Source: Octopus sinensis
Taxonomy: Eukaryota
Assembly (NCBI RefSeq): GCF_006345805.1
Contig: NC_043014.1
Coordinates: forward strand, 11,842,001-11,906,000
Direction of reading: 5' to 3'
Length of the DNA: 64,000 bases
Below the pieces are notes generated by a model. The model did not search any database. It had not been told where the DNA came from and saw nothing but the letters and a program-made list of their open reading frames with translations. A program made the translations under genes and the position numbers. Shown here piece after piece: positions 47,651 to 62,490 of the stretch. Positions within the stretch are counted from its first letter, which is position 1. Each line of letters opens with the position of its first letter.

Positions 47651-48437
47651 TGTATTTAGGTATTTCTGTGTTTCTGTGTCAGTGTTTGTCCCCGCACCAT
47701 CACTTGACAACCAATGTTGGTGTGTTATGTCCCCGTGATCTAGCCGCCCGGCAAATGACACCGATAGAATAAGTACAAGGCTTACAAAAAATACGTCCTG
47801 GGGTTGATTTGTTCGACTAAAAGCCCGCAAGGTGGTGCTCCAGCATGGCCGTAATCAAAAGAAAATAATCGAAACAAATAAAAGTGGCAAGTAGCTTGCT
47901 TATCAACCACATGGTTCTGGTTTCAGTCCCACTGCGTGGTACCTTGTAATATCTTTACGGTCTTGCCTTTGAGACCATATATGTGCGTATCCAAACACTA
48001 TATATATAGTGGCTGTGTGGTAAGTAGCTTGCTTACGAACCACATGGTTCCGGGTTCAGTCCCACTGCGTGGCGCCTTGGGCTAGTGTCTTCTACTATAA
48101 CCTCGAACCGACCGAAGCCTTGTGAGTGGATTTGGTAGATGGAAACTGAAAGAAGCCCGTCGTATATATATGTCAATGTATATATATGTGTGTGTGTGTG
48201 TTTCTGTGTCTGTGTTTCTCCCCCCAACATCGCTTGACAGCAGATGCTGGTGTGTTTTTCGTCCCCGTCACTTAGCGGTTCGGCAAAAGATATCGATAGA
48301 ATAAGTACTAGGCTTACAAAGAATAAGTCATGGTGTCGATTTGCTCGACTAAAGGCGGTGCTCCAGCATGGCCGCAGTGAAATGACTGAAAGAAGTAAAA
48401 AATAGTAAAAATATATACATACATACATACATATATA

Positions 48438-48469
<32 letters not shown>

Positions 48470-48842
48470 GAAACAACAGGACTCTTTTAAAGGTGTTGAG
48501 GTATATTTGAGGCTGATTTAACTGCTACTTCTAGTAAGAATTCAAACAGACATTAGTTGTGTATTTAACACATATATACACGACGGGCTTCTTTCAGTTT
48601 CTGTTTACCAAATTCAACTCACAAGCCTTTGGTCGGCTCGAGGCTATAGTAGAAGACATTTGCCCAAGGTGCCACGCAGTGGGACTGAGCCGGAACCAAG
48701 TGGTTGGAAAGGAAGATTTTTACCCCACAGCCAGGCCTATATATATATACATATAATATATTATATATATATATAGGATATATATCTTTATATATATATA
48801 TATATATATCATCTTTTATATATATTATATATATATATATAT

Positions 48843-48880
<38 letters not shown>

Positions 48881-50227
48881 ATATATATATATGTATATAT
48901 ATATATATATGTATATATTATATATATGTTATAATATATATATATATATATATATACTATATCTATATATATATATATATAGATATATATATATATCTTT
49001 TATGTGGCTGTGTGGTAAGTAGCTTGCTAACCAACCACATGGTTCCGGGTTCAGTCCCACTGCGTGGCATCTTGGGCAAGTGTCTTCTGCTATAGCCCCG
49101 GGCCGACCAATGCCTTGTGAGTGGATTTGGTAGACGGAAACTGAAAGAAGCCTGTCGTATATATGTATATATATATATATATGTTTGTGTGTGTGTTTGT
49201 GTGTCTGTGTTTGTCCCCCTAGCATTGCTTGACAACCGATGCTGGTGTGTTTACGTCCCCGTCACCTAGCGGTTCGGCAAAAGAGACCGATAGAATAAGT
49301 ACTGGGCTTACAAAGAATAAGTCCCGGGGTCGATTTGCTCGACTAAAGGCGGTGCTCCAGCATGACCGCAATCAAATGACTGAAACAAGTAAAAGTGTAA
49401 AAGAGTATATATATATATATATATAATATATATATAAGATAAGAAGAAACTGACCTCATTATTGTTGTGTATTCGAGGCTATAGTAGAAGTTATCTGCAC
49501 AAGGTACCACGCAGTGGGACAGAAACCAGAACCATGTGGTTGATAAGCAAGCTACTTGCCACAGGTAATTTTAGTGATGGGAAATGGGAGAAAACTATAA
49601 TTGCTCTGAGAATAAATTTCCTCAGTCGCCTCCCCTGCTTGCTAAACTTACTAAAATATTATTTCATTGATATTTTGTATTTCTCCATCACATTATTACA
49701 CATATCCCCTTTTGTCACTAATCCATTCTTCACTGATGCTGGGGATAATACGGTTCACTAATACTGAACCGTGTTATGCTTATCACGAATTGATTTTTAA
49801 TAAAACGAATCACGAAAATCCGTTCCAATTTCCACTCACAATGTTCAGAATAACTTGGTGACTCGGAGCGAAAACTTACGTCTTATCCATATCATCGATT
49901 ATTCATTTATCACTGATTCATAGCTTCTTTCTTTTAATCAGAACACAAACCAAACATCCGCGATAAACGAGGATAGACGTATTTCTATTCAAATTCTAAT
50001 ATTTCCTGCTCTGGTTATAACAGCAATTTTTCGTGCCCCTTAGCTTCTCTTACGTGATTTATTTACCATAAACATTAAGTGATTATAAATTAGTAAATGT
50101 TGGAAAGATTCAATTTCAGGGAAGTGATACAATTTAAAATCTTCGATTGCAAAGCACTTTATTTTTCTCCACTGAAATTCCTGATAGCCTTATAGAAGTC
50201 ATAAGCATCCCATTCCCAATGTAATTA

Positions 50228-50624
50228 TCTTTATATATAAAAGAGAAGTTGTGTGTCTGTCTCCTACGATTTAGATTCCTAACTACTCCCACATTTTGCG
50301 GTGCAGTTTAACCAAAACCGGGTATCTTATAGTCGTCATTCATATCGAGCCCTTCTGGGTATTAGCGTGTGTCTACGATGAGTCTATGATTTTAAAAAAT
50401 TTACCATCATTTTTTTCCATTTTAATGCATTTTTTTCGCTATTATATAAGGGAAGTAACTCTCTAAAAGTGTCTACGATGAGTGAACGATTTAAAAAAAA
50501 ATTTACCATCATTTGTTTTCCATTTTTAATGCAGTTTTTTGCTATTTTTTGGCTATAACTCTCTAAAAATGCTTATATAGTTATTTCCTTTACAAACCCG
50601 AGCAACGCCGGGCGATACCGCTAG
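50228..50624 (+). mobile_element. Non-autonomous Helitron sharing its 3' module with 34464-34847
   Basis: 5' TCTTTATATATAAAAG...TGTCTGT; 3' CCCGAGCAACGCCGGG hairpin then CTAG; A|T target; internal tandem duplication of about 100 bp. Confidence 0.8.
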
Positions 50625-50648
50625 TAGTACATAAGATTATTATTATTA

Positions 50649-50686
<38 letters not shown>

Positions 50687-50690
50687 CATT

Positions 50691-51220
50691 GTGTGAGAGA
50701 GCAGTGCATGCCATCAAAGTGACACTGGGGTAAAATATACGAAGCCCAATATACCCATCATGACTACCCGTCTGATAAAGGTACACTAGGCACATGCATC
50801 ACAACGATGTGTGCGCGACATGGTGATCTCATATCAAGATAAACAGCACATGACCTTGCAGGTGGGGCCCAGTTAGAATCTTCTTCTGGTCGAGTAACCC
50901 ATCCCGCTCAAAAGGTCCCTGAATAAGGGTTGGTTAAGGATGTTGAACGAAACACCCATGTTTCCAGAGGTGAATTATTCAAACCCCAAAGAATCCCTCT
51001 CAACACATGACAATGATGCTCCCTCACTACTTCTGCTCGTGATCAGAGATGCACATATCGTCAGCCACTAAGGGACATGCTCAACTGGTTAAGGTTAAAC
51101 AACTGACAAGCAAATCTGTGGTATTGAGCAGAATATTTGCTGTAGCCCATCTTTTATACCAAGACAAAACAATTAACATGATAACACTTCCAATCAGTTA
51201 AGATCAGAAGCTACGAGAGC

Positions 51221-51221
<1 letters not shown>
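50691..51221 (-). mobile_element. Non-coding retroposon-like insert of about 530 bp embedded in (ATT)n
   Basis: Complex sequence bounded on both sides by long (ATT)n tracts; no ORF; orientation inferred from an assumed (AAT)n tail. Confidence 0.5.
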
Positions 51222-51298
<77 letters not shown>

Positions 51299-51414
51299 CA
51301 TTATTATTATTATTATTACTGTTATTATTATTATTATTATTATTATCACTTCTTACTTTCTCCTTATTCTCTCTTTTTTCTCTTCTTTTTCTCTTTCTTT
51401 ATTCCTCTCTTCCT

Positions 51415-51720
51415 GTTTTCGATTTGACCCTATTAATACACTCCCTATTTTTAGGTCTCTATAAATAAAACCCTAGATTCAATAACACTGTGTGTAAACT
51501 CTATACTTGGAATGACCAATATTAAATACTATTGGATTTTTGGAATCTTATATGTATACCATTCTGCCTTAAAAATTGATCTACAAATACAATATCCCCA
51601 CATATCTCACATCTATTTTCCTAACCATCCTCTCACACCGTCTCCGATGAAGGGATATGATAAATATCCTGGAAACAGCTGTAAGACCTTCTACCTATAA
51701 ATGTTCTAAAATCTACACAG
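51415..51720 (+). mobile_element. PLE 3' end / pseudo-LTR remnant
   Basis: Weak translation DLTLLIHSLFL...NPRFNN resembles the GIY-YIG C-terminus (ESL.I...P.LN) and is followed by a hammerhead fold. Confidence 0.4.
51640..51687 (+). ncRNA. Hammerhead fold, fourth family
   Basis: GTCT-CCGATGA-A-GGGATAT(GATAA)ATATCCT-G-GAAA-CAGCTG-TA^AGAC; palindromic stem III ACAGCTGT; one extra G before GAAA. Confidence 0.5.
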
Positions 51721-54700
51721 CCTTGGATTTTTTTTATCTCATTACGAAAAAAAAATTATATACACACGCTGACATATGACCAACGTTGAACCTCTTAATC
51801 GCATAATCACCGAACCTGGAACTTAACTATGTTCTATCTATAGCACTTATTCGACATTACCTGACACCTTCGGGTCCCAATGACCTCCATGTATATATAT
51901 ATATATATATATATATACTCCACAGACACCGGTACCTTTAACGCAGTTCCCGGGGAGATTCAGCGTGACGCAGAGTGTGACAAGGCTGGTCCTTTGAAAT
52001 ACAAGCACAACAGAAACAGGAAGAAAGAGTGAAAGTAGTGGTGAAAATTCCTATTTTGGGTTTTCACACATCAACTTATGTAGGTTGAACTATGTAAAAT
52101 CTAGCTATTCCTTGCAATGTATACCAATACATACATCTAAAGCAACATTTTTTAAGGGCCCTTGAAATACTGTTGTGGATCCCCAATGAACTATTTTGTT
52201 TTGTGGACCCACAAAAATCTTATACGGACCTTCAGAGGCCAAATGGAACCCGGTTGAGAACTGTTGGACTAAAACCTTCAATGCATTTCCATTATGGCTG
52301 CAGTCCGACGACCGAGACAAGTAAACGGATAAATGATAATAGTCGTAGAGATATATTGCTTATTGACCCATTCGTAGTACTCCTTCCTTCGCATGCATGT
52401 TTCAGTTCAAACCAGTAATTTCGTGATCCTTACAATGATTAAAATAAAAGAAAAAGGAGAAGCAACAAGAGCGAAATCAGGAATTAAAAGTGTTTTCATG
52501 CTTGGCTGCGTGGTAAGTAGCTTGCTTACCAACCATATGGCTCTGGGTTCAGTCCCACAGCGTGGCACCTTGGGCAAGTGTCTTCTGCTATAGCCTCGGG
52601 TCTACCAAAGCCTTGTGAGTGGATTTGGTAGACGGAAACTGAAAGAAGTCCGTCGTATATATGCATATATATATATATACATGTGTGTGTGTGTGTGTGT
52701 GTGGTTTGTGTGTGTGTGTGTGTGTGTGTGTGTCTGTGTGTGTTTGTGTTTGTGTGTCTGTGTTTGTCCCCCCAACATCGCTTGACAACCGATGCTGGTG
52801 TGTTTACGACCCCGTAACTTAGCGGTTCGGCAAAAGAGACCGATAGAATAAGTACTACGCTTACAAAGAATAAGTCCTGGGGTCGATTTGCTCGACTAAG
52901 GCGGTGCTCCAGCATGGCCGCAGTCAAATGACTGAAACAAGCAAAAAAGTAATTCAAGCATGTGATTGGCTGTGTGGTAAGAAGCTTGCTTTCCATCCAC
53001 ATAATTCCAGGTTCAGTTCCACTGCGTGGCACTTTGAGCAAGTGGCTTCTATCATAGCTTTGGGCCGACCAAAGCCTTGTGAGTGGATTCGGTAGACGGA
53101 AACGGAAAGAAGCCCGTCGTATATATAATTTATGTGTGTGTGAGTGTGTGTATGTGTGTGTGTCTTTGTGCCTGTGTATGTAACCCATCGCCGCTTTACA
53201 ACCGATATTGGTTTGTACGTCCCTGTAATAGCGGTTCGTCAAATGTGACCGATAGATTTAGTACCAGGTTTGAAAAAGTAAGTCATGGGGTCGATTCATT
53301 GGGCTAAAAACTTCTTAAAGGCGATGCTCCAGCTTGGCCGCATCTTAACGCCTAAAACAAGTAAGAAAAAATGTAAGTTTAAAAAAGGCATCAAAGAGGC
53401 AGAATCGTTAGCTTAGCAGCATTTCTACCGGCCTAACGTCACGCCGAGGTCGACCCTGCTTGTCATCCTTTCGGGGTCGATAAAATAAACTATTTGTTGA
53501 GTATGGTGGTCGATGTAGTCGACTAATAAAATGTAAGTACCTATTTCTTTACTACCCACAAAGGGCTAAACACAGAGAGGACAAACAAGGACAGACAAAG
53601 GGATTAAGTCGATTATATCGACCCCAGTGCGTAACTGATACTTAATTTATCGACCCTGAAGGATGAAAGGCATAGTCGACCTCGGCGGAATTTGAACTCA
53701 GAACGTAACGGCAGACGAAATACAGCTACGCATTTCGCCCGGCGTACTAACGATTCTGCCAGCTCGCCGCCTTCATGTAAGTACCGTCTCGAGTACCAGA
53801 CCTCACAAAGCCTGTTACTCGGTTCCCATGGTGCTTAAGTCACCGATACAGCAATTCAATTTGTCAGAGGATTTCTCGGATACAGCTTAGTGGATTGGAG
53901 TAACGTGAAAAGAATAACTGGTCCTCTGTCGGTTACGACGACGAGGGTTCCATTTGATCCGATCAACAGGACAGTCTGCTCGTGAAAGTAACATACAAAT
54001 GGCTCAGTACTCCACAAACCCGCATGCCCTTAATGTAGTTCTCAAGGAGATTCAACGTGACGCAGAATGTGATAAAGCTGGCCCTGTGAATTACCGGTAG
54101 TACTCATTTTTGTCAGCTGAGTGAACTGGAGCAACGCGAAATGAAGTGTCTGGCTCAACGACACAGCGCGTCGCCGGAAATTGAATTCGATCGTGAGCCG
54201 AAAACCCTAAACCTTAAACCACACGTGTTCACTTTCTTCAAGAATACAACGCCTCAGTTACCGGACCGGGTGATGCGTTATGTTCGAATCGACTCACCGT
54301 CTTCCCTAAGTTTCATACTTTGTGCCTATATTAGAAACAATAATTACAAATTCGCCTCGTTAATTTGATATATAATAATTATTTGCCATTAGAATTTGAA
54401 GTGCTTCATGTGTACTTAAACACTCGTCATCGGTAGCGTTAGGCAGAATTTGTAATATTAAAATACGTCTTGAGATTTTAAACTAAATATATACTCCGTC
54501 AGGGACGTAGAAAAATCTAGACCAATAAAAGAGCATCATTTTAAAAACAATATGAAAATTCTAAAACATATGCAGCTACTACAGACTGTATCCAACTGAT
54601 AAGGTGTGGGGACAAAAGTACACAAATATATATATATACATGTATACTCTTTTACTTGTTTCAGTCATTTGCCTGTGGCCATGCTGGAGCACCGCCTTTT

Positions 54701-54789
54701 AGTCGAGCTAATCGACCCCAGGACTTATTCTTTGTATCGGTCTTTTGCCGAACCGGTAAGTTACGGGAACGTAAACACACCATCATCGG

Positions 54790-57060
54790 TTGACAATCGG
54801 TGGGTCGTACCCCACAAAAAGGTGCTTTGCAAAACATTTCATGCACACATCAACGTTGAATTCAAACATGAAAACAAGGCCGGCTTACGCAGTTGGATCT
54901 AGCGGTATACAAAGGAAGGCGACACAATTGGATGCGTCGGCACAGTTCACCCCTGAACTCCGAATGCTTCCATTTGCGGCTCTTACATTATGTCATTAAG
55001 GGACCAACCTCCTTCTACGACCTTCGCATAGTGGACGGCTACCTATGCTGCACTTTGAAAGATGCCTGCTCCAAACGGATACAGATGATCAATATGATAA
55101 TGCACTTGAAGGGGTCTCGTTGCCGTTCTCCGCACAAGCTCTGATACCTTTTCGCAATAATGCTAGTCTTCTGCAACCTGACAGACGCACATCCACCTTG
55201 GAATGAATACAAAACTCAATGTGCCATGACATTTTGCTGGAGCCAAATTAACTAACTAACTAACTAACTCACAGGTATCGCTGACACTCCCACTACCCCT
55301 GCCATTTACAACAGAGGGCTTCTTCTCTTGGAAGACTTGGTTATAGCAATTGGAGGTCAACGATTGGACGATTATTCTCTCAACTCTTCAGGCAGAAATG
55401 AAGACAACTGTCCCAATCGCCTCATTCTCAGAGAAACATCCTACAACATCCATAAACTCAAACATTACATTACTGACAACGAGCCCCTTCTGAATTCCGA
55501 TCAAGCTGACGTATACAATTTCGTCCTCGGAAACATCTACACACACACTGGCGGAATCACCTTCTTAGACGAACCTGGTGGAACTGGGAAAACATTCCCC
55601 TTGAATCTTCCTTTTGCGAAGTTGTGGCATAATGGTGGCCTTGCTATTGCTGTTGCCTCCTCAGGAATAGCCTCGACTCTTCTCGACGGCGGACGAACAG
55701 CACACTCTACATTCAAATTGCCTTTCAATGTAGCACATCAAGAAAATTCAACGATCCACATATTGCATTCCTCGGACGAAGGACAGTTTTGAAAAAGTGC
55801 CAACTCATTGTTTGGGATAAAGCAACAATGTCCCACAAATGTTTCCTACAATAAGAGACCTTAGATCAAACAACAACATCCTTGGAGTTGCGACTCTACT
55901 TCTTGCAGGAGATTTTTGACAAACTCTGCCTATTATACACAAAAGAAAACCCGCTGGTGAACTTAATGCCTGTCTTAAAAATCCCTCCTTTGGCTGCGTG
56001 TTCAAGTGAAACAACACACCATCAACATGAGATCACTCCTACAGACTGGTCAGCCTACAACCCAGTTCTCGGAAATGTGCCTTAAAATTGGCAATGGACA
56101 AATTACGTCCGACGACAACGTATGCATTGACACTACCATCATTGGCCACACTGTCTCCAGCCCTGATGACATGTTCTGCCGTTTACCCAAATCTTACAAC
56201 GGAATAAATAAAACCAGATTAGCTTCGCGACAAGGCTGTTCTTACACCTACAAATGCAGCTGTCAACATTCTTAACTATGACATAGCTACCTTCTCAAGA
56301 ACATTGTTAGCCGTTCAAGAATTTGGACCTGGAGATCTCCATTTCCAGCGACTTCGAGGACCACTTTCTAGTGGTGTCGGGCGTCAACAAAGAGCCCTCG
56401 ACTACAACAAGACGACCAAAGATTTCTTTTTTCCAAGGTCTGGGATCTCCGCCCCTAAGCCCTAGGTCATCACCTAAACGTCCTTACCCGTCTTGTTGCT
56501 TAACAACAATAACAACAAGAACATTGTTACAGATCAGTTGACACCGTTACCGACCTCGATCAGGTTACACATTTTCCAACTGAATTTCTCAACTCCCAAG
56601 ATCCTCCAGGACTCCCTCCCTATGAACTTCACTTAAAAGTCTGTTGCCCTGTCATCCTCCTACGCAATCTAAACGCACCCACACTATGCAATGGAACTCG
56701 CCTTGTGGTCAAATAAATGATGGACCACGTTATTGAAGCCCAAATTATCACGGGACTCGGCAAAAACGATACCGTTTTCATTCCGAAAATTCCGCTAACC
56801 CCCCAAAACAGCCCCTAACCTATGCAGAAACTTCAGTTCCCTCACAAACTCAGCTTCACCATGACAATTAACAAAGCACATGGTCAGTCGCTGAAAGTTG
56901 TCAGATCGGACCTTCGAACATTGTGCTTGTCACATGGACAGTTCTACGGCGGTTGTTCCAGAGTTGACCACCCGGACAACTTATTCATCTATGCACCTGA
57001 AGGAAAAACAAAAAATGTCATCTACAAAGCAGCCCTACATAAGTTATTTCTCTACTGCAC
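54790..57060 (+). pseudogene. Helitron Rep/Pif1-helicase remnant (frameshifts and stops)
   Basis: VDNRWVVP...KTFHAHINVEF (Rep C-terminal part); ECFHLRLLHYVIKGPTSFYDLRIVDG; FLDEPGGTGKTF (P-loop); IAVASSGIASTLLDGGRTAHSTFKLP; LLRNLNAPTLCNGTRL; QFPHKLSFTMTINKAHGQSL...HGQFYGGCSRV. Confidence 0.9.
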
Positions 57061-58141
57061 TCTTCATATCTCCGCCAAACTCTAGCCGTTAGTAATCAGA
57101 CCTCCAGCAAGCATTTCATTGATATTTTGCTTCATTTCCCTGATTGCTGTTTACAGTACATTACCTTCAATGACCCTTCTTACTTCACGCACGCTGTTCG
57201 CTCATAAGCATGCTCTGACATCTATTTTTGTACATGTCATTACTCTATTTGCCTCTTTGCTATAAATGTTTGCTTTTCTTTATCATACATGACTTTCATT
57301 AAAAAAAAAAGAAGTTTCAATGCGGTTGTGTCAGGCATTACGAGAAAAATAATACATGATACAAAACGCTTCAAGTAAGATATAGGATCCCTAATGCCTA
57401 CTGAAATTGCGATCTCATTTCATGAACTTTCATTTATTACTAACGGCAAAATTTGTGTTCAAAACATTTTATTCATTACCTAAATTGCTTACTACTGGGC
57501 CATTGCGCCTCAAATAAGTACAAAACAGGCCATATAGTGATAAAATAGCCCAATATCGATAAAGCAGTTGGTTCAAGACCTATGCACATTGATATACTTC
57601 TGTAAAAATTGTGAAAATTTGAAATTATTTGAAATATAGCTTGGAAAGTATAATGGCGAAAAATTATACTTTAGTAATCACGAAGCGATAAACGATATCC
57701 TTAGAAATTTCCCTGGCCATTTTCTGTATTTGGCGTAGACGGGAAGAAACGACACTCGAAAGGGAGGATATAAGTAATATCTTTATATATATATGTGTGT
57801 GTGCGTGTGTGTGTATGTGTGTCTGTAACGGGTGTTTATACAGTTGTCAACTAAATTCACTCAAGGCAAAATTGCTCGGCCAGGCGCTGTAGTAGGAGGC
57901 ACTTTCCCAAGGTGCCACGTCGTGGGACCGAACCCGAAAACATGGTGTTGCAAAGTGAGTTTCTTAACCACACAGCCATGCCTGCGCGTGACTACGACTG
58001 CGGTAAAGATCAACTCCAATGCATGTTTGCTAATATCGAGCATATATTCTATGTTCTTTCTCGCGTTTTCTTTTAGTTTTCTTTCTTTGCTTCGTTCGTT
58101 CTTTCTCTGATGTTTTCTAATGTGTCTACGCACACACACAC

Positions 58142-58174
<33 letters not shown>

Positions 58175-58581
58175 CACATACACATCCCTACCATTGTCGT
58201 CCTGCCTTCTCGTTTCTTTATCTCTTCTCGTTTCTATATTGTTTTAGTACTATGTACAGAAGGATTTAAAAGACGCTCACTGAGGAATTCATGCTGGAAA
58301 GAAAAAAAATCGAACCAAATCAGAAAAAAAAAAGAAAGGAAAAATGACAAAAAAGGGGGAAAAAATCACACAGTAACACTTCGGAACTTTGTGACTTTTA
58401 TTGTGCCAACATCTTTGCCACATCTTTTAATGTGTTGACATCTGTTGTACCAATAAATGCTTGGATTTCCATGGGTACCAGAGAATTGCCATATGTTTCG
58501 TAATCCTTCCTTACATGATCCAAGGAAGTTGTGACATTTTCTTTCTTTCAGGATCTATCTATCTATCTATCTATCTGTCTG

Positions 58582-58648
<67 letters not shown>

Positions 58649-58661
58649 GTCTATCTATCTA

Positions 58662-58708
<47 letters not shown>

Positions 58709-58731
58709 GTCTGTCTGTCTATCTATCTATC

Positions 58732-58782
<51 letters not shown>

Positions 58783-58900
58783 GTCTGTCTGTCTATCTAT
58801 CTATTCGTGTATTCATCTTATTGCAGCGCGTGTGTGTGTGTATGTGTATGTGTGTACCACTACTTTTGTTGTTTTTGTTATTGCTATTGTTGTTGTTGTT

Positions 58901-58951
<51 letters not shown>

Positions 58952-59074
58952 AATTGTGTTGTCTCTAATACTTTCTATTGGAAATCATTTTCGTGTTATT
59001 CTTTCTTCTCTAAGAGATTTTTTTACCTAGATTCATGGGAATTCAAGAACGCCTTATTCGATAAAACTGTTATA

Positions 59075-59115
<41 letters not shown>

Positions 59116-59792
59116 CACACACACACACACGCACACACATACATTGTTTGCATCCTTAATGGCGTCTCTCTGCACCAAGACAAAAAAACAAAATGAAGAA
59201 CTGGTTAATGGCAAACGGATATGAATTGATTTACTTTTTCTTCACACTAAACTTCACCTCTGCATTTATCAAAACCTTGTTTCTTTTCGTTTTTTTTTCC
59301 TTATGGCCTGAGTGGCGCATGTTAAATACTTAATAATCTCCCCTGTAGTCGTATCCAAATGCGTTCGAATTTCAGCCGTTGATGAAGAGGAATACAGAAT
59401 ACAACTATAATTATTCCAGTTGTTTGAGCGTTAAAAATAAGTCTTGGGGGTCCATTTTGTCCGACTAAACCCTTCAAGGCGATACTCCAGTATGGCCGCA
59501 CTAAAGGGCAATAAAAGATACTTTCATTGTTTAATTCTTTTACTTGTTTCAGTCATTTGAGTGCGGCCATGCTGGAGCACCACCTCGAAGGGGTATTTTT
59601 GGTCAAAGAAATTGACTCAAGGACCTATTCTTTGTAAGCCTAGTACTTATTTCATCTGTCACTTTTGCCGAACCGCTGGATTACGAGGACATAAACATAG
59701 CGACATCGGTTTTCAAACGATGGTGGGGCGACAAACATAGACGCAAAGACATACACACATACATACATATATATATATGTGTGTGTGTGTGG

Positions 59793-59835
<43 letters not shown>

Positions 59836-60293
59836 GATATATATAAATATATATTTATACACACACACACACACGACGGGCTTCTTTCAGTTTCCGTCTG
59901 CCAAGTCCACTCACAAGGCTTTGGTCGGCACGCAGCTATAGTAGAAGATATTTGCGCAAGGTGCCACGCTGTGGGACTGAACGTGGAACCATGCTGTTGG
60001 GAAGCAAGCTTCTTACCACACAACCACACTTTTTCCTTATCATTTCACTTCACTCGGGCATTTATTAAAACTATGTTTTGTTTCCGACGAGAGAGATGCG
60101 TATTACGCACCTATATAATATATTTTTTTTGTACGTTCCCGTAACTTAGCGGTCTGACGAAAACGACCGATAGAGTAAGTAACAGACGTAAGACATAATA
60201 AGTACTGAGGTCAGTTTGTTCGACTAAACCCTTCTTGACCAATGGGGTACAGTCCAATGACCAATGACTGAAAAAATATTAAAAAATTAAAAA

Positions 60294-60517
60294 TACGAGT
60301 GGGTGCTGAAAAGTCCCTGGCTTTGAGTAAAAGAAAATACAGGAGGATCAGTTAATTATGATTTTATCCAACATATTCTCCTCTCAGATTCACACACTTA
60401 TTGCAGTGGTCCTTCAGTTTTTCTAAGCCCTGTAAAAGAACTCGGAAGGTTGGGCCTCCAGCTAGATCTTTCGCGAAACCCTTAAAACCAGAAACTTTTC
60501 AGCACCCATTTCGCATA
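60294..60517. mobile_element. Mariner-type MITE
   Basis: TIRs GGGTGCTGAAAAGT / ACTTTTCAGCACCC with TA-like flanks. Related sequence at 25878-26218 carries a tandem duplication of about 147 bp. Confidence 0.7.
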
Positions 60518-61975
60518 TCTAAAATCCTTAACATTATACCTTACCAGTGCATTTATCAAAACAATTTTTCTGACAGTGACGCATCTTAAGGACTTATACA
60601 ATATTCTCCTACTAGCTGGCCCTGTGCCATCAAAACGATGGCTAATTGTAGTATGTTATATATAAATATGGATGGTAAATCAAATTAATACACTTCTCAG
60701 TGTTATCCAGTGGTTGTCTTTTGAAATGTGACTACGATCATTGTTTGTTACTGAAAGAACACTGGTTCACACATACAAACGTTCACATACTTCCCTTGAA
60801 CATGCACTCACACAGAGTTGAAACGCTGTTTGATTTTTCTTTTCAGCGTTGAACGTTCATGTTGTGACGGAGAAAAACACAAGAGTATTATTATAGTAGA
60901 TTAATCATATCCGACAGCGTTCGAATTTCTGTCGTTGATTACAACAATGATAATTCAGATTGCTTTTGATTTGCCCATGGAATTATGATGTAAATATGAT
61001 TGATTAATCCGCATGCATTTGTAGACTTAACGTAAAACAGCCTGTAGCAGTGCCGGGACCATTAAATTATATGTACAGTACACATGCGGTTATGTGGAGG
61101 CGCAATGGCCCAGTGGTTAGGGCAGCCGACTCGCGGTCGAAGGATCGCGGTTTCGATTCCCAGACCGGGTGTTGTGTGTGTTTATTGAGCGAAAACACCC
61201 AAAAGCTCCACAAGGCTCCGGCAGGGGGTGGTGGCGACCCCTGTTGTACTCTTTTGCCACAACTTTCCCTCACTCTCTCTTCCTGTTTCTTGAGTAACGC
61301 TGCGATGGAGTGGCGTCCCGTCCAGCTGGGGAGAACACATACCCCACAGAAACCGGGAAACCGGGCCCATGAGCCTGGCTAGGCTTGAAAAAGGCGAAAA
61401 AGAAAAGAAGGTACATGTGGTTATGAGTCAGTTCATGAATCTAATCACAGGCTGATGATATCTGCTACTGGTACCATGCAAACTAGTGCTACATGTTCCA
61501 TGGTCGGGTAGTCGGCCTCTAAACTACCTCTCGCCAAACGTGAGTAGCTTGCTTCTCTTGTGAGGAGGGTGTCTCGACACCCAGCAAGACTAAAAACAAA
61601 AATCTGTCGAAGGACGTATAAGCTCCTAATGGGCCAACGGTCATCCAGTTGGAGAAGACAATGAGAAACCAACCCAATATCTTTGCCAAGAAAATACTAT
61701 GAGAAAGCCAGAATGCAGTAACGCTAAGGCTTCATCCGATGACAGAACTCGCCTTTAATCAGGAAAGTTTCGCTATCGTACCATCAACATGCTGCAAAAA
61801 CGATACATAGCGACGATGATACGTGCGGTGAAGAAGCTCGGTTTTGCAACCACGTGGTTTCAGATTTCAGATCTCACTGAGTGGCATTATGGACAAGTGT
61901 CTTGGACAATGGCCCCAGGCCAACCAATGTCTTGTGAGTGAATCTGGTAGACGGAGTTTGTGTGGAAGCCCACCG

Positions 61976-62052
<77 letters not shown>

Positions 62053-62205
62053 CATACGATTTGTTCGACTAAAGGCGGTGTTCCAGCATGGCCGCAGTCA
62101 AATGACTGAAACAAGTAAAAGAGTAAAAGAGATATGCGCATGCTTATAGATACACACACACATATAAAAATATATATATATATATATATACATACATATA
62201 TACAT

Positions 62206-62238
<33 letters not shown>

Positions 62239-62257
62239 GTATGTATATATATATATT

Positions 62258-62288
<31 letters not shown>

Positions 62289-62444
62289 TACATACATATA
62301 TATATATATAATATTATATATATAATATATATACATATATACATACATTAATATATATTATATATATATATATATAATATATATATATAATATATATATA
62401 TATATATTATATATATATATATATATTACATATATACATACATA

Positions 62445-62490
<46 letters not shown>

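Noticed and set aside
55328-55792. Functional host PIF1 helicase gene
   Set aside because: Intronless, multiple stops and frameshifts, and linked to Helitron Rep motifs.
60830-60900. Strong-looking acceptor on + at 60847
   Set aside because: No clear donor and short frames with no similarity I can recognise.
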